Shown piece by piece: positions 1-8,735 of a stretch of DNA of 48,557 nucleotides. The notes beneath the pieces were generated by a model. That model saw only the letters and a list, made by a program, of their open reading frames with translations. It did not search any database and was not told where the DNA came from. The DNA is from Eubacteriales bacterium. Its GTDB lineage: Bacteria; Bacillota; Clostridia; Peptostreptococcales; Anaerovoracaceae. Location: assembly GCA_028692535.1 (NCBI GenBank), contig JAQUXD010000002.1, forward strand, positions 1 to 48,557, read 5' to 3'. Position 1 is the stretch's first letter. Each line of letters begins with the position of its first letter. A program made the translations under genes and the position numbers.

Positions 1-828
1 CTGATGGGCACATCGGCGGAGAACGCGGTCAAGGCTTATTTGGAAGGCCGTGATGATTCCGCGCGCACAAGAGCGGTCTCTTCGGAACTGATCGCGGCAT
101 TGGAGGCCTTCAAACCGAAAAATGACAAGCAGAAGGAAGCCAGGGATTTCATCCTGACGAATCGGGACTATCTCCGTAAAAAATCCTACTGGGCGTTCGG
201 TGGTGACGGCTGGGCCTACGACATCGGGTACGGCGGCCTGGACCATGTCCTTGCGTCCGGGAAGAACATCAACGTTCTCGTGCTGGATACGGAAGTGTAC
301 TCCAACACCGGCGGACAATCCTCCAAAGCCACCGCTGCCGGCGCCGTGGCCAAGTTTGCGGCGGACGGCAAGAAGACGAAGAAAAAAGATCTGGGCATGA
401 TGGCCATGAGCTACGGATATGTCTATGTGGCCCAGGTCGCCATGGGATACGATCAAAACCAGGTGCTGACGGCTATGCGGGAAGCCGAAGCCTACGACGG
501 TCCCTCTCTGATCATCGCCTATTGCCCCTGCATCGAACACGGGCCCAAATGCGGCATGGGAAAGAGTCAGCAGGAAATGAAAGACGCCGTGGAGTCGGGC
601 TATTGGCATCTGTATCGCTATAATCCCGAGCTGAAGAAACAAGGAAAGAACCCCTTCCTCATGGATTCCAAGCAACCTACAAAGGAACTGGTTTCCTTCC
701 TGCGCGGAGAAAATCGCTATGCTTCATTGGAACGCACCTTTCCCGAGCAGGCCGAGATCCTGTTTGAAAAAGCCCGGACCGATGCGGAAGAGCGGCTGGC
801 TAATTACCAAAGGCTGGCGAAGGGCTGA
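1..828 (+). CDS. nifJ: pyruvate:ferredoxin (flavodoxin) oxidoreductase, C-terminal fragment (5' end lies outside the window)
   Basis: The frame is open from base 1. It carries a TPP-domain signature (GGDGWAYDIGYGGLDHV, VLVLDTEVYSNTGGQSSKAT) and the C-terminal YWHLYRYNP region typical of PFOR. Confidence 0.9.
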   Translation: MMGTSAENAVKAYLEGRDDSARTRAVSSELIAALEAFKPKNDKQKEARDFILTNRDYLRKKSYWAFGGDGWAYDIGYGGLDHVLASGKNINVLVLDTEVYSNTGGQSSKATAAGAVAKFAADGKKTKKKDLGMMAMSYGYVYVAQVAMGYDQNQVLTAMREAEAYDGPSLIIAYCPCIEHGPKCGMGKSQQEMKDAVESGYWHLYRYNPELKKQGKNPFLMDSKQPTKELVSFLRGENRYASLERTFPEQAEILFEKARTDAEERLANYQRLAKG

Positions 829-830
829 TC

Positions 831-1808
831 ATGGAAAATCTCAGAATATCGTTTCAGATCATCATGCCCCTGTTTCTCTATATGCTGGTGGGTTATATCG
901 CAAAGAAGAGAGGTCTGCTGCCCAAAAGCCTCAACGACGGGGTGAATCAGCTGATGTTTGCCATGTTCCTGCCGGTCCTGATGTTCAATACGCTTTATAA
1001 AGACGACCTTTCGGGCTTCGGCCAGGCGGCATTTATTCCCTATGCCATGGGTGGCACGGTGCTGAGTTTCCTGGTATTGTTTACACTTTTTACTAAGCTG
1101 GAAAAAAATCCGGCCAAGCGGGGCGCCCTGATCCAGGGCGCTTTCCGCGGCAACTCCATTCTCTACGGTCTTCCCATCGCCCTATCCATATTCGGCGAAG
1201 GGAATACTGCGGAGATCGCCATCGTACTGGCGGCGATCATACCGATCTACAATGTACTGTCTGTGCTGGTGCTGGAGATCTGCGGCCAGGCCGCCGCTTC
1301 CGACGATCCCAGAGTGAAGCTCTCGCTGGGATCTTTCAATTGGAAGAATGTGGGTCTTAGCATCTGCAAAAATCCGCTGATCCACGCGGTGATCCTGGGG
1401 ATTCTCGCCAACCTATCCGGTATCGCATTTCCTGTATATATTGAAAAAACCATGAGCGGTATCGCCGGCGTTGTGACGCCTATGGCTTTTGTGATGCTGG
1501 GCGCTGCCTTTAATCTTTCCTCTGCCATGGAAGACAAGCGCTCGATCTTGCTGGCTTCTTCCATGAAGCTGGTCGTCAACCCAATTCTGTTTCTTCTGCT
1601 TCCGATCCTCTGGGGCTGGACCGGCCCTGTGTTGGGTGCGATTCTGATCTCCTTCGGTACGCCGACGGCGGTATCCTCATTCCCCATGGCCAAAGCCATG
1701 GGCTGCGATGCGGATCTGGCAGGCGAGATCGTCGTTGTTACTTCAGCCGCATCAATCGTCACAATGTTTCTGTGGATATTTGCACTGAAGCAGATGATGC
1801 TGATATAA
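831..1808 (+). CDS. AEC (auxin efflux carrier) family transporter, malate-permease-like
   Basis: 325-aa polytopic membrane protein with an AEC-type N terminus (MPLFLYMLVGYIAKKRGLL). The ATG lies 2 nt after the PFOR stop, and the gene sits next to malic enzyme as in the Bacillus ywkA/ywkB arrangement. Confidence 0.8.
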   Translation: MENLRISFQIIMPLFLYMLVGYIAKKRGLLPKSLNDGVNQLMFAMFLPVLMFNTLYKDDLSGFGQAAFIPYAMGGTVLSFLVLFTLFTKLEKNPAKRGALIQGAFRGNSILYGLPIALSIFGEGNTAEIAIVLAAIIPIYNVLSVLVLEICGQAAASDDPRVKLSLGSFNWKNVGLSICKNPLIHAVILGILANLSGIAFPVYIEKTMSGIAGVVTPMAFVMLGAAFNLSSAMEDKRSILLASSMKLVVNPILFLLLPILWGWTGPVLGAILISFGTPTAVSSFPMAKAMGCDADLAGEIVVVTSAASIVTMFLWIFALKQMMLI

Positions 1809-1829
1809 TGCAACAAAGGAGAATGCAAC

Positions 1830-3002
1830 ATGGATTATCGAAAAGAATCACTCCGGCTTCACGGAGAATGGAAAGGCAAGATCGAAGTGACGCCCACCGT
1901 GGAGGTGCGCAGTAAAGAAGATCTGGCTTTGGCCTATACGCCCGGTGTGGCAGAGCCCTGTCTGGAGATCCAAAAGGATTTAGAGAAGAGCTACTTGTAC
2001 ACAAGAAGGCACAACCTGTGTCTGGTTGTGACAGACGGCTCAGCAGTGCTGGGTCTGGGAGACATCGGACCGGAAGCGGGCATGCCGGTCATGGAAGGCA
2101 AATGCGTGCTATTCAAAGCCTTCGGCGGGGTGGATGCGTTTCCCCTGTGCATTCGGAGCCACAACGTGGACCGGATCGTGGAAACGATCACACTGATCGC
2201 CGGAAGCTTCGGAGGCATTAATCTGGAAGACATCTCTGCGCCCCGGTGCTTTGAGATCGAAGAAAAACTTCAGGAGCAGGTGGACATTCCGGTGTTCCAC
2301 GACGATCAGCACGGAACGGCCATCATCACGTTGGCCGGCCTGCTCAACGCTCTGAAGGTCGTTGGGAAAAAGAAAGAGGATGCGCGTGTCGTGCTCAGCG
2401 GCGCAGGCGCCGCGGCGTTGTCCATCGCAGATCTTTTGCTGGCGGAAGGATTCACCGATCTGGTACTGTGCGACAGCAAGGGCGCCATGTATGACGGACG
2501 CAAGGACCTGAATTTTTACAAGCAGGCTATGGCAGAGCGAACGAACCGCCGGCGGCTGCAGGGAAGCCTGACGGATGTGCTGGACGGAGCGGATGTCTTT
2601 ATCGGCGTTTCCGCGCCCGGTATTTTGACCCGGGAAGATGTCCGCAGGATGAGCCCCGGCGCGATCGTATTTGCCTGCGCCAATCCGGTGCCCGAAATCG
2701 ATCCTCCGGAAGCTCGTGCCGGCGGAGCGGTCGTTGTGGCCACGGGGCGAAGCGACTATCCGAATCAAATCAACAATGTGCTGGCCTTTCCCGGTGTGTT
2801 CCGTGGCGCTTTTGACGTTCGGGCCAGCCGGATCAATCAGGAAATGAAGCTGGCTGCTGCGTATGCGCTGGCCGATCTGGTCGCTCCGGAAGAACTTTCG
2901 GCGGACTGGATCATTCCCCAGGCCTTTGATCCACGGGTGGGCAAAACGGTGGCGATGGCGGTTGCCAAAGCAGCAAGAGCATCGGGCGTCGCCCGAATAT
3001 AA
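1830..3002 (+). CDS. NAD(P)-dependent malic enzyme (short, MaeA/YtsJ type)
   Basis: 390 aa with LALAYTPGVAEPC, VVTDGSAVLGLGDIG and a GAGAAA Rossmann motif. AGGAG RBS at 1817-1821. Confidence 0.9.
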   Translation: MDYRKESLRLHGEWKGKIEVTPTVEVRSKEDLALAYTPGVAEPCLEIQKDLEKSYLYTRRHNLCLVVTDGSAVLGLGDIGPEAGMPVMEGKCVLFKAFGGVDAFPLCIRSHNVDRIVETITLIAGSFGGINLEDISAPRCFEIEEKLQEQVDIPVFHDDQHGTAIITLAGLLNALKVVGKKKEDARVVLSGAGAAALSIADLLLAEGFTDLVLCDSKGAMYDGRKDLNFYKQAMAERTNRRRLQGSLTDVLDGADVFIGVSAPGILTREDVRRMSPGAIVFACANPVPEIDPPEARAGGAVVVATGRSDYPNQINNVLAFPGVFRGAFDVRASRINQEMKLAAAYALADLVAPEELSADWIIPQAFDPRVGKTVAMAVAKAARASGVARI

Positions 3003-3015
3003 TGGAGAGTGAGCG

Positions 3016-3645
3016 ATGAGAAAAGACGACATCAATGTGAAAAATATGATTTTTACCGGACTGTGGATCGCTGTAGTCACAGTGGTTACCATGTCCATTG
3101 TCATTCCGATCCCTCTGACGCAGGGCTATGTAAACCTGGGAGACGCTGCGGTTTTCCTGGGCGCCTTTCTGCTGGGACGCAAGAACGGCGCCATTGCCGC
3201 CGGGTTGGGTTCGGGCCTGGCGGACATCCTGCTGAGCTACGCTTCTTTTGCGCCTTTTACGCTGGTGATCAAAGCCGGGATGGCGTTTATCTTCGGAAGT
3301 TTCCTGATCCTGTCGGCCGGAAAAGTAAAACCGGAAAGCAGAAAGGTCCCGTTCTCCAGAGTATTGGGCATCGCTTTGGCAACGCTTCTGATGGCCGGCG
3401 GCTATTACTTTGCCGAATGGATCTTGACGGGAAACAAAGTTGCCCCCATCGTGTCGATCCCCTGGAACATTTTGCAAGGATCTGTCGGAGGAGGACTCGC
3501 ATTGCTGTTGATGGTGGCCATGAGCAGCATCCGCATGCCGGCGCGTCAAAACACAAGCGGCGGAACGACGATCGAACCGGAGCAGAGTCAAACGAATGAG
3601 ATCAAAGAAGAGATCAAAGAAGAGAGCAAAGAGGAGATCGAATGA
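3016..3645 (+). CDS. ECF transporter S component (CblT-like by context, immediately upstream of cobT)
   Basis: 209-aa hydrophobic protein with GYVNLGDAAVFLGAFLLG and GLGSGLADILL motifs typical of ECF S components. Its stop overlaps the cobT ATG (ATGA). The substrate is inferred from context only. Confidence 0.7.
   Translation: MRKDDINVKNMIFTGLWIAVVTVVTMSIVIPIPLTQGYVNLGDAAVFLGAFLLGRKNGAIAAGLGSGLADILLSYASFAPFTLVIKAGMAFIFGSFLILSAGKVKPESRKVPFSRVLGIALATLLMAGGYYFAEWILTGNKVAPIVSIPWNILQGSVGGGLALLLMVAMSSIRMPARQNTSGGTTIEPEQSQTNEIKEEIKEESKEEIE
3598..3642 (+). repeat. 12-nt tandem repeat (GAGATCAAAGAA, GAGATCAAAGAA, GAGAGCAAAGAG, GAGATCGAA) encoding the EIKEEIKEESKEEIE tail
   Basis: Read directly from the sequence at the 3' end of the S-component CDS. 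Confidence 0.9.
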
Positions 3646-4718
3646 GCCTGCAGGAGATAATCAGCCAAATCGTTCCCGCAGACCGAGCGGCCATGGAGCA
3701 GGCTTCTGCCCATAACGATAATCTGCTGAAACCTCTGGGCAGCCTGGGCCGCTTGGAAAAAATCGCCATTCGCATGGCCGGCATCACCGGGCAGGTATGC
3801 AATCGGGCGGAAAAGCGATGCTTGATCGTGATGGCCGCCGACAACGGCATTTGCGAGGAGGACGTGGCCGGAACGCCCCAGGACATGACGCGGTGGCATA
3901 TTGCCAACATTGCCGGCGGCGTGTCCGGTGTCGGCGTGCTTGCGAGGTATGCCCATGCGGATTTGAAGGTCGTAGATATCGGGATCAAGGGAGATCCGGA
4001 ATGCGAGCTTGTTATTTCCCGTAAAATCCGTAGCGGCACGGCCAATTTTGCCCGAGAGCCAGCTATGCGCCGTCAAGAGGCAGAGGACGCCATTCTGATC
4101 GGCGTGGAACTGGCGCGGGAAGCTGCAGAGGCGGGATATGAGATCCTGGGCACCGGCGAGATGGGGATCGGCAATACCAGCACCACCAGCGCCTGTGTTA
4201 TGGCGTTGACGGGACTGTCCGCCGATGAGGCTGTGGGCAAGGGCGGCGGTCTCACTGACCGGGGTCTGGATCATAAAAAGGAAGTGATTCGAGCCGCGCT
4301 TGCACTTCACAAGCCGGATTCCGAAGACCCTTTGGATGTATTGACGAAGGTTGGCGGACTGGATATCGCCGGTTTGGCGGGCTGTTATCTGGGCGCGGCC
4401 CGATATCGATTGCCCATTGTGATCGACGGCGCGATCTCTGCACTGGCGGCGCTGGTTGCCTTTCGGCTTGCACCGGCTTCCGCTGATTACATGTTTGCAT
4501 CCCACCGTTCCGAAGAACCCTCCTATGGACGGATCGTCCGAGAGTTGGGATTGGCCCCCTGCATCGACCTGGACATGCGTTTGGGAGAGGGCACGGGCTG
4601 CGCTTTGGCTTTTCCCATCATCGGTGCTGCCTGCAGCATGCTGGCGGATATGCATACGTTTGCACAGGCACAGCTGGACCAGAGCTACCGTATCGATATC
4701 CGGGACGACAGACCATGA
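3642..4718 (+). CDS. cobT: nicotinate-nucleotide--dimethylbenzimidazole phosphoribosyltransferase
   Basis: 358 aa with KPLGSLGRLE, GEMGIGNTSTTSA and LGEGTG motifs characteristic of CobT. Confidence 0.92.
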   Translation: MSLQEIISQIVPADRAAMEQASAHNDNLLKPLGSLGRLEKIAIRMAGITGQVCNRAEKRCLIVMAADNGICEEDVAGTPQDMTRWHIANIAGGVSGVGVLARYAHADLKVVDIGIKGDPECELVISRKIRSGTANFAREPAMRRQEAEDAILIGVELAREAAEAGYEILGTGEMGIGNTSTTSACVMALTGLSADEAVGKGGGLTDRGLDHKKEVIRAALALHKPDSEDPLDVLTKVGGLDIAGLAGCYLGAARYRLPIVIDGAISALAALVAFRLAPASADYMFASHRSEEPSYGRIVRELGLAPCIDLDMRLGEGTGCALAFPIIGAACSMLADMHTFAQAQLDQSYRIDIRDDRP

Positions 4719-5287
4719 GTGCTGTCACACTGATCACCGGCGGCGCCAGAAGCGGAAAGAGCGCTTACGGTGAAAATTTGGCCCTTTCTCTGGGCGGAAC
4801 GGCAGTTCTCTACATAGCGACGGCAGTGGCCACCGATCCGGAGATGGAGGAGCGGATCCTGGCGCATCAGGCTCGGCGCCCGGCGGCATGGATCACGGAG
4901 GAACGCGCGGAAGGATTTGATTCCCTGTCCGACTCTGAGCACTTTCAAAATGCCGGCGCGGTTCTTCTGGATTGTGTCGGCTTTGCGCTGAACAGCGCCT
5001 TGTACCACAGACTGTCCGATTGGGACCGTCCCGACGCAGCACAGGCCCAGGCGGCGGAAGAAGCCGTGTCCTCGGATCTCCGAGATCTCATCTCGCTGTG
5101 CAGAGAAAACAGCAAAGAGCTGATTCTCATCACCAACGAAGTGGGCGACGGTCTGATTCCTGAAACACCGGTGTCCAGGATGTATCGGGATGCCTTGGGG
5201 CGGATCAACTGCCTGACAGCGCACCTGGCCGACCGGGTGGTACTTATGACTTGCGGACTTCCTCTGGTGCTGAAGGAGTCGCGATGA
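4715..5287 (+). CDS. cobU: bifunctional adenosylcobinamide kinase / adenosylcobinamide-phosphate guanylyltransferase
   Basis: 190 aa with an N-terminal P-loop (LITGGARSGKS). ATGA overlaps with both cobT and cobS. Confidence 0.9.
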   Translation: MSAVTLITGGARSGKSAYGENLALSLGGTAVLYIATAVATDPEMEERILAHQARRPAAWITEERAEGFDSLSDSEHFQNAGAVLLDCVGFALNSALYHRLSDWDRPDAAQAQAAEEAVSSDLRDLISLCRENSKELILITNEVGDGLIPETPVSRMYRDALGRINCLTAHLADRVVLMTCGLPLVLKESR

Positions 5288-6015
5288 AATCCTTTTTTTT
5301 GATGCTGGCATTTTTTACGCGCTTGCCGCTACCCTGCATCACCTACACAGAAGAACGGTATATTCGTGGTATCCCGCTCCTTCCTCTGGTGGGCGCGGTG
5401 ACAGGCGCTCTTTTGTATGGAGCTTCCTTTGTGCGGCCTTATTTGTCCGAGTCTCTTTTCGGTGTTCTCCTGTTTCTTTTGTATTTGCTCATCACCGGCG
5501 GTCTCCATTTGGACGGGTTGGCGGACAGTTGCGACGCTCTGTTCAGCGGCCGGGACCGGGAGACCATGCTGGAGATCATGAAGGACAGCCGCAGCGGCAG
5601 CTTCGGCGTGCTGGGACTGATCGTCGCGGCGGCATTTTATGTGGTGCTCCTGCCGGACGCTTCGCCGGCGGCGCTTTTTTTCTTCCCGGTGCTCGGCAAA
5701 TGTATACCGTCTATAGCAGTGAATCTTTCCCCCTATATTCGACCCGAAGGAATGGCCCGTTTGTTTGCGGCGCACTGCTCCCGTTCCTGTGCTGTCCTGG
5801 GCGCCGGGCTCGTCCTTCTCGTGTTGGGACTGACGGATCGAACGCTGCTTCTTCCTGCGATATTCTCGCTGACCTTTGCCGCAGCTCTCACGCTAAGAAT
5901 CCGGCGGATCTTGGAGGGAATCACCGGTGATATTTTAGGTCTGCTTTGCGAGGCAACCCAGATCGCTTTTCTGATTTGCATTTCCGTTTTCGAAACAATA
6001 TCCAAAATATTTTGA
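5284..6015 (+). CDS. cobS: adenosylcobinamide-GDP ribazoletransferase (cobalamin synthase)
   Basis: Polytopic membrane protein starting MKSFFLMLAFFTRLPL with a GGLHLDGLADSCDA motif. I chose the ATG at 5284, which overlaps the cobU stop, over the tracked 5251 start. Confidence 0.88.
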   Translation: MKSFFLMLAFFTRLPLPCITYTEERYIRGIPLLPLVGAVTGALLYGASFVRPYLSESLFGVLLFLLYLLITGGLHLDGLADSCDALFSGRDRETMLEIMKDSRSGSFGVLGLIVAAAFYVVLLPDASPAALFFFPVLGKCIPSIAVNLSPYIRPEGMARLFAAHCSRSCAVLGAGLVLLVLGLTDRTLLLPAIFSLTFAAALTLRIRRILEGITGDILGLLCEATQIAFLICISVFETISKIF

Positions 6016-6032
6016 TTGCGGCGTATTTTTTC

Positions 6033-6061
6033 TTGACAACACTCGTTTTGCAGAATATCCT
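6033..6061 (+). promoter_or_regulatory. candidate sigma-70-type promoter for pyrG
   Basis: TTGACA (6033-6038), 17-nt spacer, TATCCT (6056-6061). It would give a leader of about 120 nt. Confidence 0.4.
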
Positions 6062-6187
6062 GTACCATGTAATTGAATAGTGAAACACGTATCGGGCGGT
6101 CGTTGGAGGTGTAGTACTCTGTATCCTACACTCTTCAAACGGCCGTTTTTGCGTGTTTCAAAAAATCAGCTGAAGGAGGCGATTACG

Positions 6188-7783
6188 ATGACCAAGTACA
6201 TTTTCGTTACAGGAGGCGTGGTTTCAGGCCTGGGAAAGGGGATCACGGCGGCATCACTGGGCAGACTGCTGAAGCAGCGGGGGTTGCGTGTCGCCGCTCA
6301 GAAGCTGGATCCTTACATCAACGTAGATCCGGGCACCATGAGCCCCTATCAGCATGGTGAAGTATTTGTGACCGAGGACGGCTGCGAGACCGATTTGGAC
6401 CTGGGCCACTATGAACGATTTATGGACGAAAACGTAGATCGATATGCCAATTTGACCACCGGCAGCGTCTATCGGGAAGTGCTGAACAAGGAGCGTTCCG
6501 GTGCATTTCTCGGACAGACGGTTCAGGTGATCCCGCACATCACCGACGAAATCAAGGCGTTTATTCGCGGCGCCGGCAAAAAGAGCGAGGCGCAGGTGGT
6601 GATCACCGAAATCGGCGGCACCGTGGGTGACATCGAGAGCCAGCCTTTTCTGGAAGCGGTCCGCCAGATTCAACGGGAGGCGGGACGGGGCAACAGCCTG
6701 TTGATTCACGTGACGCTGGTGCCGGAGCTGGAAGGATCTGGAGAGTACAAGTCCAAACCCACGCAACACTCTGTTCGGGATCTGCGGGCATCGGGGCTGC
6801 TTCCCGACATCATTGTCACCCGGTCCAAAGGCTTTATCCAGGATGAAACCATCGACAAGATCGCCCTCTTCTGCGACGTCAAGCGGGATTGTATTATTCA
6901 AAACGTAACGGCGGACAGTTTATACAAAGTGCCGCTGGAGTTGGAAGCCCAAGGCTTTTCCGCTGTCGTCTGCCGAGAGCTGGAGCTGGATCCGGGGGTT
7001 TGCGATATGAAGGAGTGGGAAGACTTGGTGTCTCGCATCGACAGCAGGCAGCGGAAGGTGACGATCGCGCTGGTGGGGAAGTATATCAAGCTTCACGATG
7101 CCTATTTGTCCGTGGCCGAATCCCTTCATCACGCTGGCTTCGAAAACGGCGCGGAGGTGGAAATCCGCTGGATCGATTCCGAGGAGATCACACCGGAAAG
7201 CGTGGAGGATCGTCTGGGGGACGTGGACGGGATCGTGATCCCCGGCGGGTTCGGGACCCGGGGAATCCCGGGCAAAATCGAGGCGGCCCGCTATGCCAGA
7301 GAGCGGGATATTCCTTATTTGGGTCTCTGCCTGGGCATGCAGATCGCCTGTATCGAATTTGCCCGAAATGTATTGGACTATCCCATGGCCAACTCCAGTG
7401 AGTTCGAGCCGGAAGGATCCCATTCCATCATTGCGCTGATGCCCGACCAGATGGGCAATATTCCCAAAGGCGGAACTATGCGCTTGGGCTCTTATCCCTG
7501 CCATATCCGAAAGGGCAGCAGGATGCACCAGGCCTATGGCGAGGACGTGATATGGGAACGGCATCGTCATCGCTATGAATTCAACAACGCATATCGTGAA
7601 GAAGTCCAAAATGCCGGCCTGATGATTAGCGGCGCTTCTCCTGACGGGCAGTTGGTGGAATCGATCGAGATTCCCGCCAATCGATTTTTCGTGGGCGTGC
7701 AGTATCACCCGGAATTCAAAAGCAGACCGAACCGGGCGCATCCTCTCTTTCGGGAATTGGTCAGGGCCAGTCTGCAATCGTAA
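6188..7783 (+). CDS. pyrG: CTP synthase
   Basis: Canonical N terminus [19 protein letters not shown] preceded by a GAAGGAGG RBS (6172-6179). GATase domain motifs GLCLGMQ and HRHRYE are present. The tracked 6080 start is an unlikely extension. Confidence 0.95.
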   Translation: MTKYIFVTGGVVSGLGKGITAASLGRLLKQRGLRVAAQKLDPYINVDPGTMSPYQHGEVFVTEDGCETDLDLGHYERFMDENVDRYANLTTGSVYREVLNKERSGAFLGQTVQVIPHITDEIKAFIRGAGKKSEAQVVITEIGGTVGDIESQPFLEAVRQIQREAGRGNSLLIHVTLVPELEGSGEYKSKPTQHSVRDLRASGLLPDIIVTRSKGFIQDETIDKIALFCDVKRDCIIQNVTADSLYKVPLELEAQGFSAVVCRELELDPGVCDMKEWEDLVSRIDSRQRKVTIALVGKYIKLHDAYLSVAESLHHAGFENGAEVEIRWIDSEEITPESVEDRLGDVDGIVIPGGFGTRGIPGKIEAARYARERDIPYLGLCLGMQIACIEFARNVLDYPMANSSEFEPEGSHSIIALMPDQMGNIPKGGTMRLGSYPCHIRKGSRMHQAYGEDVIWERHRHRYEFNNAYREEVQNAGLMISGASPDGQLVESIEIPANRFFVGVQYHPEFKSRPNRAHPLFRELVRASLQS

Positions 7784-7795
7784 GGCTGACATACT

Positions 7796-7830
7796 GAGCG
7801 GCGCTCGCTGTTGCGAGCGCCGCTCTTTTT
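7796..7830. terminator. intrinsic terminator between convergent pyrG and the SDR gene
   Basis: 13-bp perfect stem GAGCGGCGCTCGC / GCGAGCGCCGCTC with a TGTT loop, followed by TTTTT. Confidence 0.85.
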
Positions 7831-7832
7831 AG

Positions 7833-8567
7833 TTATATGACCAGGCCGCCGTTGACGCCCAGAATCTGCCCGGTAATAAAGGAAGCGTCTTCTCCGGTCA
7901 GAAACAGTACGGCGCCGGCCACGTCCCGTGGCTCGCCCAGGCGGCGCAGAGGCGTTTCCGCAGCCAGGGCGCGGCGTGCATCCTCGTCCAGATTACCGAT
8001 CATAGCTGTATCGATCACGCCGGGCGCCACGCAGTTGATCCGGATCCCCGATGGACCTGCTTCCTTGGCCAGGGCTTTGGTCATGGCGATCAAACCTCCT
8101 TTGGCCGCGGAGTAGTGCGCTTCACAGGAACCGCCCACCTGACCCCACATGGAGGCGATGTTCACGATGCAACCTTTCTTTTGGGCGATCATGTCAGGCA
8201 AAACTGCTCGAGTCAGCAGATAGGCGCTTTTTAGGTTCGTGTCCAGGATATGATCCCAGTCGCGTTCCTGGATATCCTGAAACTGAGCGAAGCCGGCTGC
8301 GCCGGCGTTGTTCACCAACACATCGATGGAGCCCAGTTCTCCGGCGATGTCCCGGCAAAGCGCTTCCACTTCTTTCTGCCGGGTCAGGTCGGCCCGATAG
8401 AGACCGGCCCGGCCGCCCAGGGACCGGATCCGGCAAACCAGCGCTTCTGCTGCTTCCGGGTGCCGATGGCAGTGGACAGCGATCCGATCCCCCCGCCGGG
8501 CCAGCGCCAAGGCGCATGCGCTGCCGATACCTCCGCTTGCACCGCTGATCAAGGTAGTCTGGTTCAT
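7833..8567 (-). CDS. SDR family oxidoreductase (FabG-like 3-oxoacyl reductase type)
   Basis: 244 aa starting MNQTTLISGASGGIGSA (TGxxxGIG) with NNAG and YSAAK catalytic motifs. AGGAG RBS upstream. The upstream part of the tracked 490-aa ORF is antisense to alr and was discarded. Confidence 0.85.
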   Translation of the reverse strand: MNQTTLISGASGGIGSACALALARRGDRIAVHCHRHPEAAEALVCRIRSLGGRAGLYRADLTRQKEVEALCRDIAGELGSIDVLVNNAGAAGFAQFQDIQERDWDHILDTNLKSAYLLTRAVLPDMIAQKKGCIVNIASMWGQVGGSCEAHYSAAKGGLIAMTKALAKEAGPSGIRINCVAPGVIDTAMIGNLDEDARRALAAETPLRRLGEPRDVAGAVLFLTGEDASFITGQILGVNGGLVI

Positions 8568-8650
8568 GCTTGTCTCCTTTTCCGCCTTTCCTTGGCGAAT
8601 TTGACTGAGATTTTCCGTTATTATTGTATCACAGGGCTTCCTGTTTCGTC

Positions 8651-8679
8651 TTGCATTCTCTTTTTTGCGGCGGTATACT
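8651..8679 (+). promoter_or_regulatory. candidate promoter for alr
   Basis: TTGCAT (8651-8656), 17-nt spacer, TATACT (8674-8679). Confidence 0.5.
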
Positions 8680-8735
8680 GAAAAAGGAGTGATAATTTCT
8701 GGAAGATTAGCATAAAAGCACGAGGAGGTGCGTGA

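Noticed and set aside
3003-3015. Cobalamin riboswitch ahead of the ECF-S/cobTUS genes
   Set aside because: Only 13 nt of intergenic space is available, and no B12-box-like sequence was seen in the flanking coding DNA.
3588-4655. 355-aa minus-strand ORF
   Set aside because: It is antisense to cobT and has junk composition.
6080-6187. Upstream start for pyrG
   Set aside because: The canonical CTP synthase N terminus and a strong RBS are at 6188. The extension has no homology-like features.
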